Shown here piece after piece: positions 51,629 to 64,000 of a DNA stretch of 64,000 nucleotides (position 1 is the stretch's first letter; each line of letters opens with the position of its first letter). The stretch covers positions 16,120,001 to 16,184,000 of the forward strand of contig OZ365116.1 of NCBI GenBank assembly GCA_977030845.1, read 5' to 3'. The DNA comes from Fimbriosthenelais zetlandica (Eukaryota). Both the position numbers and the translations under genes were made by a program. Below the pieces are notes generated by a model. The model was not told the origin of the DNA. It made no database searches and saw nothing but the letters and a program-made list of their open reading frames with translations.

Positions 51629-53924
51629 ACCCCATGGACTTCAATCAATAGGGCTAATTCCATCAGTGTTAAATGAGGGAATTAAGCCATACATGGACCA
51701 GTTTCCTCATGCATTTTCTTAATTGAAGTGCAATATACGCTTCTATAGACATTACATTAAGCACATGTATATGTGTGCAGTACTTACTGTGAAAGGACTG
51801 AATTTTCGCTCGTTTGACCTTTAAGCAGATTTACTGTACATTAAATGTTGTCTACAGCAATCATTGTTAATCTTGTTGTGCCTACATGAAGGAAACTGAA
51901 GAAAATTTACTTTCATTTCTTTTACTGTGTGCAATGATAATACATTTGCGATATATACTGCAATTTCGTCCTTTATAAGAAGCATCTTATTCAATTTCAA
52001 GATCTGAGATACATCACTTCACTGGCTTTGTCACCATATGGTTTGTATATGTAACATCAAATAACTTCAAATTATGTTTGGAATACTTGGAAAAGCTTTA
52101 TATAATTTATTCCTTCTAGAATAATGGCTGAATCTAAGTTATGATTACGTTTAATGGGTCTGTAGTTGTGTCACTTCATGAACCGAAAATTGAACACTGG
52201 TTCTGTTCGATATAGACAGTCAACAATTATATATGTTATCATTATGTGATGTGATAGTATAGATGTATTAGCAGCAGTGGATGGTATTGTCTTTGCTAAA
52301 CTGAGTGATATTTGGCTGAGGGCCACAATGTGAAGCTGTCTAAAGGTGAGGCCCTCTAGTAGGCTATTGCCCTTTACAGGGCCTCATGCATCAACTATAC
52401 TGCCCTTTGTTTTATGGACCTAAATATAGGCTGAGAGAGCGATAAAAGGCATAGATATGTTGGCTGGGTGTGGGGGAGTGTGTGAGAAAGGAGAGGAAAG
52501 CCTGAGAGACCTGGCAAAGTCAGGGTGGGACTGTCAGTCTTCACTGCTTGGCTGATAAGGAGAAAATGTTATTTTGCAAGCAGACAAGTTAAGTCGAGTA
52601 AAGCATTTGTAATACTGCTCCTGCTCTCCTCTCTCACCCCGCTATGCAGGTCCGGGACCTTGGCCGGCACCAGTGCAATGCATCCTGGACTTACCAGCTG
52701 AACATATAACCCCGACCTGCAAAGATTGAGCCTCCAATCAATGACCTCCTTACATCTCCCAGCTGACCTGCTAGGCCTACTCTGATTGGTTAACATTCTC
52801 ACATGACCTGCCTCACCCTGGTAACAGGAAGAAGCTCGCCAACTTAGCAGGTCGTCACTGAAGCGTATAAGAGGGTTTGACCTTGGAATCTCTTGGAGGG
52901 ACGCTGGCAGTGACCTTAAGGTTTGGCCTAGTTATGTACCAGGATGGCGCTCCCAGCCTAGAGCTAACGAAATCATTTTCTGGGAAGGCAACTTGCTGGT
53001 GTACATAGGAACAGCCCAGAGCAGAAGAGCATAACTGTTCTAAGCTGATATTCACCCAAAATTCTTTTAAAAATATTCTCAATGCATAGGAATATTCCCT
53101 AGCCTTGAGCTGAAACGAATGCTCATCCATCACGCCAACAGCAAAGCTTCTGTTAGTAAAACACTCCTCCTCAGTCTTCTGCCCCCTGGTAGTGCTAGTA
53201 TCGCCCCCAAGCAGCGCCTAACAGAACAACCGCCAATTAGACCAAAGCTGACCGGGGGCCAGGACGGATGGCACCACATGAGGCACCCAATGCTGCAACT
53301 AACACAATTAGACAAAACAGAACTCAATTGTTTCTGAAAAAATGAAGGAAGAGCCTAGTGGGCTGTGAGAGGGAGAGATGGAAAGGTGGACTGGAGAAAA
53401 TCAGGATGGATAGAGGAATGGTAATAGCATCTTGAAGGAACCAAAATAGGGTCCTTTGTTAGTTTTTCTATAATATTTGTATGTTTTCAAAGAAGGTCCT
53501 ACGTGATATTTAGTGCTGTCTGCTTGTTGTCTGTCAGATTATCTATTGGGGTGTCTGCCTACGTCTGTACTTCTCTGTGCCAGTCTGCCAATACCCAGTC
53601 ATTCCTACACTGACCTCAGCCTGCACCCGCCTCCTCTTCTATGCTTGGCTTTCCAAGTGCCAAGCGAGTGCTTATAGAGTGCTTATTGACTGAAGTGCAG
53701 TGTAGACCCCTCTCCATATATAAATGGATGGTACTCCCTGTAAGCTTGATGTCTATCATTATAAATCAATATCGCAGTACCTACTCATTCCCTCCCCCTC
53801 CCCCTAAACCCCTTAATGCCCCAGCCCCGGCCTATGCTCAGATCTAAATCTTCCACTTTCTGCTGTATAATGGCCTCCAAAATGAGCTAGCCAAAAAATA
53901 TAACAATTTGTTATCTTTTTGCTT

Positions 53925-54012
53925 GGGAGTTGGCTCAGTGGGTAGAGCACCATCGAATTCAGTATTTCTCAGGATCCGGAGCATGGTGATCCAAACCCCC
54001 AGCTGTCCAATG
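53925..54012 (+). mobile_element. Degenerate tRNA-derived SINE head or tRNA pseudogene
   Basis: A-box TGGCTCAGTGG (53931-53941) followed by GTAGAGC; degenerate B-box ggtgatccaaaccc (about 53985-53998). No intact cloverleaf. Confidence 0.5.
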
Positions 54013-57000
54013 GTGATGTCTTTTCATTGCTTATCTCTCCCTTATCTCCCAGATCGCGGCTATCAATTGCCCTTATACATCCTATCGTGTAACATCCCCA
54101 TTCCCTAACTCCACGTCCCACTTCTCAGCTCCCACCTACAACCTTCTATTCTTCCCTATGACCCAATCATTGGGCTTTATCCCGCTATTCCTCGTCCTAG
54201 CTTATCATTCCTATTGTGATGCCCACTCACACTGCTCCACTTTCCTTTTATCATCTCCCGTGTAAAGGTCTTCCTCATTTTGTCCTTCTCCTCTATCTCT
54301 GTCTCTGCCATGCTCAAGTTGCATGTGGGAGGATCATCTAATTTTGTTCCCATAAATCAGCTGACCAGAGGTCGGGGTTAGAAGGGAGCAGAGAGGGAGT
54401 GAGGACCGAGTTATCATGTAAATTAGGACCAGCTTTACTGCTCTCATTTCCCTCACTAGACTGAAAGACGTGAGGAGACAAATCACAGGACAGATCCCAG
54501 CAGCTCGAGAAATCACAGCCGTGAGTAGAGGGGGACCTGGATTCTACTGTTCCCCCTTCCCCACCCCCCCACCCCCCACCCACCCCACCATCCTAAGTAC
54601 AGTCTAGTGTATCAGAGTATCATGAATTATTCACAAGGTAAAAAAAATCTCTGCCTAATCTGGTCTGGCTGTATGTTTAATGGAGAGTTGGGTGGGTGGG
54701 TGGGGGTGGGGTGTGATCCGGGGACTGGATGGTTGGGGGCTATATTCACCAACATACTCCACCTTTTATCATGCATTACGCTATTATACGTCTCTGCTTC
54801 CCACTCAACACTCCTTCCACCAGGCCTACTCTGGGTTTTTTGAATGAATCAATTTTTGAATCTACATTGATAAGAAGAGATCTGCTTTAGCTGTAGTACA
54901 GTGTGAAGACTAATAATCAGTCATGGGTCCTTACCAGATCACAAACATCGTATATGTGTGCTATACCATTCTGATATTTATCATGTGCAAGTACGGTGAC
55001 AAAAAGGATAGAACTCTACTTGGGAGTATGAGGAGTGAGTGTCTGATCAGGATTAACACAGGCTTTCCCCTGTAGAGAATGGATTAACACTTAATCCTTT
55101 CACGAGTTTCAAATGAGGGGAGAGGGAGAGGGGAACGATTCCTGACCCCTTTACTGTTAACTACTGTTCGAGCCACTCCCTGCTAATACTGAATTCCAGT
55201 CTAACTGCAATGCCTCTGCAGGACATGAAGGACTCTGAAGCTGAGTGAAGGTTTCACTGTAATAAATATTCTGTACAGCTCGTGAAGTTGTTGCCAGGTC
55301 CTGTGGGGTTAGACCCAGGGGGCGGTCACTGGCCCACATGTGGCTGGTGTATATGTGACAGATGGAGCGTCAATAACATAATATTGTATCTTATAATTCA
55401 TACACTTACATACTCCTCACGACCAATCATTCATTCTCATCACTCTCTGCCCATCTATCATGTGTTAAACAGGCTCAGCATTCTCTGAATGTCCTGTCTT
55501 CCACCCTCTACATAACCATGATCTCCCTCTGTGCATTCCTACTATGTTAGCATCTGTGCGCATGGCAGATATGCAACTTAAGAGCTTAAAGACAGCATTA
55601 TAAATGGGTGTGGGTACCCTGAAATGTACTATGTCAGCACTATGTCTTCACAATGTTTGTCCCCTAGGCATAGCCACCCCCTACCAAGTCTGGTAAGTCT
55701 CCCTGCCCCGTATTCTGGCCTCTTGTTGGCCCTGCCAGCCCCATGTTTGTATCAAGCCAGCCATTCAAGCAGCCAGCCTTCCAGTCAGCCGGCCTTTCTG
55801 CTGGCCAGTCCGCCTGTGATGAGTGACTCTTGCCCGCTATGAGTTACTCGCAGCACCTTTTGTGTCCTCTGAGCTCCGTTTTTCCACCAACTGAGCACAG
55901 TGTGATAAAAGCGATGAATCTGCTTTCTACGCCCATGTTTACCCAGCCAGGGTTTTCAGTGGTTGTGTTTATTTGCTGGTTTCTTGGACTGCAGGTCAGT
56001 GGGAGTGTCAGGGAAGGTAATACATCATCCGTCCCAGGCCTCAGATCTACCAGGCTTTATACTGATGATTGCTGTTTGTTCACATTCCATGGGCCAGTAT
56101 TACAGGGCTACAATGCTCCAAGTCATGCATGCTATCAGCAACACGCGCACACCATTATATAGACACAGTGTTCAATTTAAAAGACATATGAACAAAATCA
56201 TGTTTTGGTCCTAGTTTTCGGGTCCATAACTGCAGATTACAATGCGTGGCAACTAAAATAAATACATGTATAGTTCATCACTTGAATCGGGTAAAATATG
56301 TTTTGCCCTTGTTGTAAGAACGAATATTGTGTTCAAAATATTCCTCTTGATAGATCTGTTGAACCTCATTCTTGCAGCATCTATACCGGGCCGCTCTTTC
56401 TCTTTGAATCAGGGAATTGCATGAGAACTTGTTTCAACAGCAGGTTTAATTGCTATCCTTGTCAGACTTGTAGACACATGCAATACCTGCTATTACGGAC
56501 TATAACTAGTACGGCCGCCTGCTGGGAGAAAACATGACATTTCTCATTAAATGCTGAGAAAATGAAGCTTTAAAATCTACAGCCACACATTTGCAACCAC
56601 TTAATGTACCTGGGTAGGGAAATATTTTGTTACTCATCTGTATAAAAGGAATCAAAACAATGTCCTCATTAATTACAAGAAAGACCTCACTCTGGCATGA
56701 ATGACTGGCCACCCATTAATCGTTAATGTATGATTACTGCCAAATTTATATCTGTGCCACACACAATGTGAGGTGTCACGCGAAATTATGTTAATTTTTT
56801 CTATGCGCACTTTGTTTTTTTTAGGTTTCTCTTCCAACTCAGGTAATGTGAAAAAACATAGGAAGGATAATTATGAACACCTTACGAATCAGTGTCCAGG
56901 ATCAAATTTGAAATGTAAATTAACTAGTTTTAATTTAATCACGGCTGCTCTTGACAGAAGTGTGAAAAAAAGATTCTTTGCACAGCCATCCTGACCATTT

Positions 57001-60000
57001 TTTTTAAGGGATGAGAAAGAATCTGTATTGATAATCCATTAGTGTTGGGTTACTGCTGTGAAATACCTAATATTACTACCTTTCAGCGCTTCAAGTGACC
57101 GAGCAGTTTATTTCATTAAGAGAGCAAATTAAACTTGTTTTCGGCTTAATTAATTCTCAGTCCTTTGATAATTCATGCAGAATATTAACTGAGTTGTGCC
57201 TCAAATTGAAAAATGTTCCTCGCATTTTAAATATTTACTCATTCGATTTCGTAATATGTGGTTATATATCCTGGTGTATACTTCCAAAGAAGAGTTTATT
57301 CTATTTTAACAGGCCTCCAATGGCCCTTGAAGATTTGGTTCAAAACTCTTGTTATGACAGACTCTGAGAGAATCATTATTTTTGCCCAATTATATATGGA
57401 TTATGATTGCCTGCGGGGCAGTGTAGGCTGTCATCACTTCCTGTCCTCACAGTGCCTGAGAACCCTCCAGTCTGCCCAGTAGTCTACCTGCTGGCTCAAA
57501 GCTGCCATTTAAATACTTCTCCTCCTCCTCCTCTACCTCTCTCATATAAAAACCCCCGCCTCTTGTAAATTGAAAACAATGCACCGAGAGTGGAACATAA
57601 ATCAGTTTTTTTCATCCAATCAGCAAGCCTACCTTTTCCTGTGGCTTGCTTCCTGTCAAAATGGACTGAAAACCTGGTGTACAAGAATCACTGGTGCATC
57701 CGTCATTTGCTGCTGGTCCGGGGGGCGGTGTAAGGGAGAGAACCCAGTGTTATCAGTGCTGAATCATGCCACCATGTTCATAATGTCAACGTAAACAGCC
57801 TCTGGCTCTTCCATTCCGATTTCTCCTACTCAACCACTCACAAAACCTCCCTTTCTATTACCCCTCACTCCCCAGGCTCCCCTTTAATGCATATTTAATT
57901 AACAAGAGCATTTAAATGTTGCCAGTTGATCTTATCATGTTCAAACCATCACTGGTCGTCCCGCTTACAAATGGCAGTATGTACAAAGTCTAATTACCGA
58001 TTGGCAATTCTCATGCAACAATTCATGGTTACAACGCCTCGTTACTTCTGTCAATGGCTGAGGTTTTTAAGCCCCACCCCCTCTCTATATTGGGGGTGTG
58101 GGTGCGGGTCATATATATACCATATCCAGAAGGGATGTGGCCCATCCTCCCATCCTCCCATCCTCCCATCCCCCACACCTCTTCTCCCAAGCTTTATGGA
58201 TGTCAATATTGGTCTGTTGATGGGAGAGATGAAGGACATGTTTTTCTGATATAAATATTTATGAGGGGTGGAGCCTTGGGGCAGTTAAAGACAGCGTTTT
58301 CTTGTGTTTGCTTCTCCTCTCCTGGGCATGTGGCCTGCCTGTAGCCAGCCTGTTGTGTGCCATGCCAGGGACCATTACACAGCCTGGTTTTTGCTGTCGT
58401 TGGACGATTGCCGCGGGTATTGTTAAATGCGGCAGAATGAGGCACCGTGCTGTTCCTCCATTGTCCCATTGCATGTAGTGAAGCTTTCACACCATGGAGG
58501 ACCACCTCCAGGCCTGAGATTCTGGAGAGGAACAGGCTGAAGCTGTGGAAAGCAAGGAAGGGGGGAGTAAGTGTGAATGAACGGCTAGTCTTGGTTACCG
58601 AACAAAAGCAATGAACATAGGGTAAGCTATAACCTCTTTGCCATCAGCTACATTCAATCAGGCTAATAGCAAAAAAACAACTTACAAACCTTTAACAATT
58701 TTGAAACGTCATTCAGATTAATTTCTGTGATGAGTTTTTTCAAGACCTAAAACCTTTTTGAATAGCAGATAACTGCCACACACATCAGTCTTCGTACCCA
58801 TTTGTGAGAATAAGAGTATTTCACACGGTAAATACAGTTGAGGCTGAGTGCCACCTAAACAGGTACTATTAGTACTGAGGATGACAATCTTTTTCTATAG
58901 TACACCTGTCTTCAAAGTGGGTATTTAAGGTTTGTATTCTTTGTTCTCTGTGTAATTCTGGTCTCTTAAGATAGAGGGTGGGGCGGTGAGTTAGGTTGAG
59001 GTATAGGAGGACATGGAGTCTACCCACCTCTGATTAACTTCACTCTGCTGCTAATCAACCCCAGTAAGAACCAACCCACTCTACTCCCCTCCTAATCTCA
59101 TATCACCGACCCAGAGAAAATGACGACGCATTCACTGCTTCTAGTTACCACGCCGGCTTGTCCCCTGCTGACCAATGAAATAATCCCAATCAATAGAGGC
59201 CACCAGAACGAGGCTGCCGCTGCCAGAATGAGGCTGCTCTGCTCTTATTAGCCTCGTTTTCATCCTGGCAGGGTGAGTGATAATAGGGGAAATAAAGAAG
59301 GTGAGGGCCAGTAGGCCTGGTGCTGCCATCCAGCGGCCGGTAGGGAGGATGGTGGGGGACCATGGAAAGCTTTCTGAACTTTACCTAATTACTGCTAGTA
59401 AAAGGCTCGGGCGGGAGGCGCGGCAGCAGCAGGAACAGGAGAAGGCAGGCCGAGAAAGAGATTTTAGACAAGCTGTTCACCTCATTTACCTACCAACATT
59501 TTTCAGGAAATGCCTTGATTTTGAAAATATAAGACTTTTCCAGTTAAGTAATTTGTTTTAGTGCAAAAAGGCAGACCAGAAAAAAAAGAATTGAATTACC
59601 CTGGTGTTGTAGCTATCAGGAAGAAGCATCAAACCCTATTCCGGCTGCTTTGACAAGCAGAAAAGCAGCGGGAGGCATAGGCTGATCTGCTGGCGATATT
59701 AAGACATCTCATGTCGTGATGATTTGTAAGGCGTGTAAGCTGATAGCTCTAATCAAAACACATCTAAGTGTATTTGTATAAAAATACAAGCCTAATTAGC
59801 AGGAGTATTGATTGCGGTGGGAAATACCATTAAAAAGCTGTGGTAGTGTAGCAGAATGTATCCAAGGTAAACCAGATGATTATTAGTAAGTAAAGGGTGG
59901 TGGCATGCACATGAAGTACCCGTTCAAATGTATCCTGTCCTATACTTCATTATTCATAGTTTAAGGCCTGCCTGACCCCCTCCACCCACACACCCATCAA

Positions 60001-60845
60001 CCAACCCCCTCCCCTACTCTTACCTCCAAAAACCACAGATTTCCCCACTACAAGATTGCCCTTCTTTCTGCTGTAATCCCCTCCTTTCATTTAATCCATG
60101 TAATCCCCGAGAGAGATGAGTTGCTCACAAAGTCTGAGATAACACATCCATCTCTTACAGGGGTAATTGTATGTGAAATATTGACTTAGATTTTGAGGAA
60201 ATCTTTCAGTATTATACCTATATTTGAGGCCAGCTAAATGGTAAGGTTTAAGTCCTTGTTATGTCATAGAGGTCTATAAGTCTTCATTTATTCATGCCTC
60301 TCGCTGTAAGACGTGGCCTGCTGCGTGGTAACGGGTAATACTTCATCCTCTATTTACACAATTTACTCAATTAATCAGACTCTAATTCCCACGGCAATTC
60401 TCAAATGGCGCTCTACACAAGTCAAGAGAAATAAAAGCCGAATGTTCCTGGGCATGGCACACGGTGAACTTTTTTTACAACGTAAAATTGATAAAAGGAT
60501 GTCTGAGGGATCAGGTGGTGGAGGGAGAGTGGGCTTAATTCCGACACTAGTAGGTCATCTATGTATCCTATAGCAGGCCATTTATTACAGGTACAGGATT
60601 ACCTATACAGATTACTACAGGTTATCCTCGTCAACTCAGTCCTTATTGTCGCCATTCTCTTGTTCCACTTCCCTGTAAAACAACTGTTGTTTGAAAGATC
60701 ATTTCTTTCCAAAGCTTGTCGGGTATTAGTTACTTTTTGTTGAGCTTTGTTAAGTGGAGAGGCATAAAAAACCGCCAACAAATCCCCCTTCTCCACCTAA
60801 TGCTAGTGTTGCATGCCTGTGTTGAGATAGGGGACAATGCCGACT

Positions 60846-60859
60846 GTTCCCATGGGAAC
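60846..60859. promoter_or_regulatory. RFX X-box-like perfect palindrome
   Basis: GTTCCCATGGGAAC. Confidence 0.4.
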
Positions 60860-61878
60860 TGGTGAGCCTTCCTTCAGTAGGGAATTGTGGGAATGGGTCT
60901 TGGTGTTGTCACGGTGCCAGCTACACAAACCCAGGCTCGTCATGCACCTCTCTGAGGAGAGGCATTCTCCACTGCTCCTCCTCCCCCTGCCCCGCCGCCA
61001 ACCCCTCCTTCTCATTTGCTTCCGATGGTTGAGATGCATTCACACAATCACCAACAAGTAGTCCTAAACCTAACAAAAGGTGGGCAATCTTAATCTAATG
61101 GGATGAAATAGCACCACCTGTCAGTAACTCAATGAATCCTCACTCTGTAAGATTGGAGAATAGCTTATTTAGTGGAGATTTCTGAAGTCTCCCATTTACC
61201 ATAATACAGTGATACACCTCAACTGCCCCGTTTCCTTCCGAGGCCTGCAGGACAGAGGATTTTATTTGATTTGTTTAATTTCCTAAAGTGATTTTGATTT
61301 GGATTAGTGCATGTCGGAGGCTGGTAGTGATGGATATTTTATATGTAAGTTTGCCCGCGGGGGAGCAGCTCGTGAGGTTGACTAGCGTGCAGGGAGCCTC
61401 TCACATGCCCTTCACTCATCCATTATTGTAAGCCTCTACATCTCTCGTCTATACAGGGATGAAAGTTTAATGTGTACATTTAATGCCCTCTTCCTAACAT
61501 GGCACTCAGTTATCTTAAACAACAGGCGATGATTGTAGGCTACTAACCTCCATCTATAGTGAAGGTTACAGTTGCTATACTGCCATGTTTTAGTTGAATA
61601 TGGCTCACAGGCACAACCATCATCTTATACTAGACGCTTTCCTATGCACGTGCATTAATACATTGTTTCACAGGAAACCAGTATTTAAAATGTAGAGCAT
61701 TAAGAAGCAGGTCAAAAGATTCAAGGTGCCTTAAATATATGAAGCACTTAATTATAATAATGGGACTTTATTTGTTGCCTGGAATCAAAAATTGATCCTC
61801 TTAAAATTTGGTGCTCACATATATGTAATAGTCTAAGAATAATATCAAGAAAACCATTACTATAAACTTTAATTTGAT

Positions 61879-61950
61879 GGCCGCCATGTTTTCCAAAATC
61901 GCACCAGGAAGTGACGTTTTCTGTGTTGCTGATGAAATGTGACCAATCAG
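61879..61950 (-). promoter_or_regulatory. Promoter-like module (CCAAT, ETS/CRE, YY1) facing the minus strand
   Basis: GGCCGCCATGTTTT (61879-61892, YY1 motif AAAACATGGCGGCC on minus), CAGGAAGTGACGT (61905-61917), GACCAATCAG (61941-61950). Confidence 0.45.
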
Positions 61951-62437
61951 AGGTCATACCTAGTATTCCATATCCCTTAAAGGCATATTGAACATTTCAG
62001 CGTTGAAAAGCAAATTGGTCCAGGGTAATCCTTCATTGGCCAGGTTTTGGTGGTAGCCCTGACCTCTTCAGTGCATGCCATTCAGACCGTCATTCAGATA
62101 TTCCTGGTGACGATGCAATGCCTTATTGAGTGATAAAACAGGTCACACTTGGTTCTACAAGAATCATGGCTGACCAATCATGGCTCGCACATCACCAATC
62201 ACAGCAGACTAGGCAGCCTGAACGTCTATTTAACGCTCAGTTTAACATGACCTAATAATTCCTGCCTCCCTTCTCGCTCCTGCCCCTGCCTCTGTTCTTC
62301 TCCCTTTTACTTCCCTCCTGCCTTTGCCCCTTTCACTGTTGCTGCCCCGGGTTCTGTTGCCGCCTCTAGTTGCTGTGGTCGATTTTGCTTCAGGAGAGAC
62401 GCCAGAAAGTAAAGTGCCTATGAGTCGCATGTCTTGG

Positions 62438-62451
62438 CCACTAGGGGGCAC
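62438..62451 (+). promoter_or_regulatory. CTCF-like motif
   Basis: TGG-CCACTAGGGGGCAC, full consensus match. Confidence 0.5.
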
Positions 62452-64000
62452 TCTGGTGATAGATGATTGGTTCTCAGGGGTAGATGACAGGTCATGTGGC
62501 CTCCATGACGTCACGCTCAGTCTGATGGGAAGGCTATTTAGAATGAAAACAGCAAATGGTTGTTTCTTGCTACAAGTTCTGATATGTGTTTGGGTGGATA
62601 GGAGGCGGTTTGGATGAGGGGAGGGGGTAGGATGAGGGGACATGGACAGTGAGTCTACTTATCCTATTTTCTACCCCTTAGACAATCTGAAGACTAAGTA
62701 AATTCCCCAAGTGGCCCTCGTCGGCCAATAGTTTGTTTCCTTTGACTGATGGTTTGCAGATTTCAGCAAATGCCCTCCAATCAGTCATACGGCTTGGAGT
62801 TGAGTAATTCCCTAAGTTTGGGCTTTTTAAAAGAAAGCCAGTAAGTCATCTTGTTTTAAGATCAACTTCTCAGGTTTTATTTTCTCTCTAAATGTGTGGG
62901 CGTTGGCTGTGTGAATTTCTGTATTTGACTTGTTCATTGATTGCACCCACATGTCATCTGGAGGCAGCTGACCTTTAACAGGGTTGAGATGAGGTCGGGT
63001 GACGATCTGTGATGCTTTTATCCACTGACAAATCATCTTGGCTGCGGACTGACACAAGCATTCTATGAATCGTTAAAATCAGCCAGTCTAAAACACAGTT
63101 GGAGGCTTGGCTGGAGGCTGCAGACAGAAACAGGTGTAAATCTTCTAAAATCACTCTGGCTGGCCGCGAGTGGGCATCATCTCTAATTCATAATCCTTAT
63201 ACCGCTAATGTCCAACTCCAGACTCACATAAATCCTCACTAAATGCTTCCTAGTCCCAAATCAGGGTCGACAATCTATTTTGATAATCATTACTGTTTTT
63301 TACTGAAATTTGTGAATTTGCTGAGAGAAATTGGTCACCTACTCTAGTCTTGACCTGTATCTTTCCTCCCCAGCCTTCAGTCCATCAGTGTAGGCCTTTT
63401 CCACGGCCTCCTTTACCCTGTATTCCCCCTGCCCCATAACTTCATCCTATCAGTTGCTGGTCCTTTCCCAGCCATGTCCCACAAGCCCAGATGTGATTTA
63501 CCTCCTAATAAAAACTCTAATTGAAAAAACCAGCTTTTTATATCGGGGCACAATGTGTGTTACTGCTATGTTGATCACCCGACCTCGGATTTGTGGGTCA
63601 GTTCCCTCCATTTTGAATATTTTTGCAAATTAATAATGCTTGGCTGTAAATTTATACGGGTGAATTTCCCTAATACATCTGCAGTCCTACAGCAAAGCTG
63701 GCAGATATTATATTCCACCCATACCAAGCCCCCTACTAACAATGAGCCATTATATTTAGCTTGCTGAAACAAAGCCAGCGCCAAACTCTGATGGAAATCA
63801 CCCACAATACATACCACCCGCTCACAAAGCTGTTAGGTCCAATCAAATTACTCATTATCCCTCATTAGTGCCTCATACTGATATATCATACGCCATTACT
63901 GCCTAATTAATATGTGAAAGTTATATGGCAAAGCTCTGAAGCCAGATCCGCACAAGTTGTTAGGGCAGAAACACACTTTGAGATGGCCCTTAGTGAGTTA

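Noticed and set aside
42961-52660. Other AG|GT junctions (42990, 44279, about 52650)
   Set aside because: Acceptors are acceptable but donors are poor (GTGGTT, GTCAGC, GTCCGG), so not credible recursive sites.
1-64000. CRISPR arrays, rRNA, intact tRNA, prokaryotic operons
   Set aside because: None seen; the window is intron-rich eukaryotic DNA and the tandem repeats lack unique spacers.

Overview
Eukaryotic (animal, probably bilaterian invertebrate) genomic DNA. Most short ORFs in the supplied track are intronic or intergenic noise. Three spliced genes are supported. (1) The 5' part of HACE1 (ankyrin/HECT E3 ligase) on the minus strand: 11 coding exons at 1-2168, running off the left edge. 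(2) A complete meiotic gene MEI4 on the plus strand (about 3983-8645), head-to-head with HACE1 around a compact bidirectional promoter near 2440-2580. (3) The signal-peptide exon of a probable kainate-type ionotropic glutamate receptor (29525-29624, +), followed by an intron in which I found no next exon before the window ends (>34 kb). A 908-bp Penelope-like retroelement fragment, with a 16-bp target-site duplication, a 5' inverted duplication and a hammerhead-like core, lies in the probable first intron of MEI4. The receptor locus carries a uORF-loaded leader (including a poly-Gly uORF), a candidate recursive splice site with a stop-containing micro-exon, several minisatellites, and recurrent motif grammar (E-box-N11-CCAAT, RFX X-boxes, CTCF). 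Gene calls rest on remembered similarity to known proteins plus splice-phase consistency; no database search was run. Regulatory calls are motif-only.
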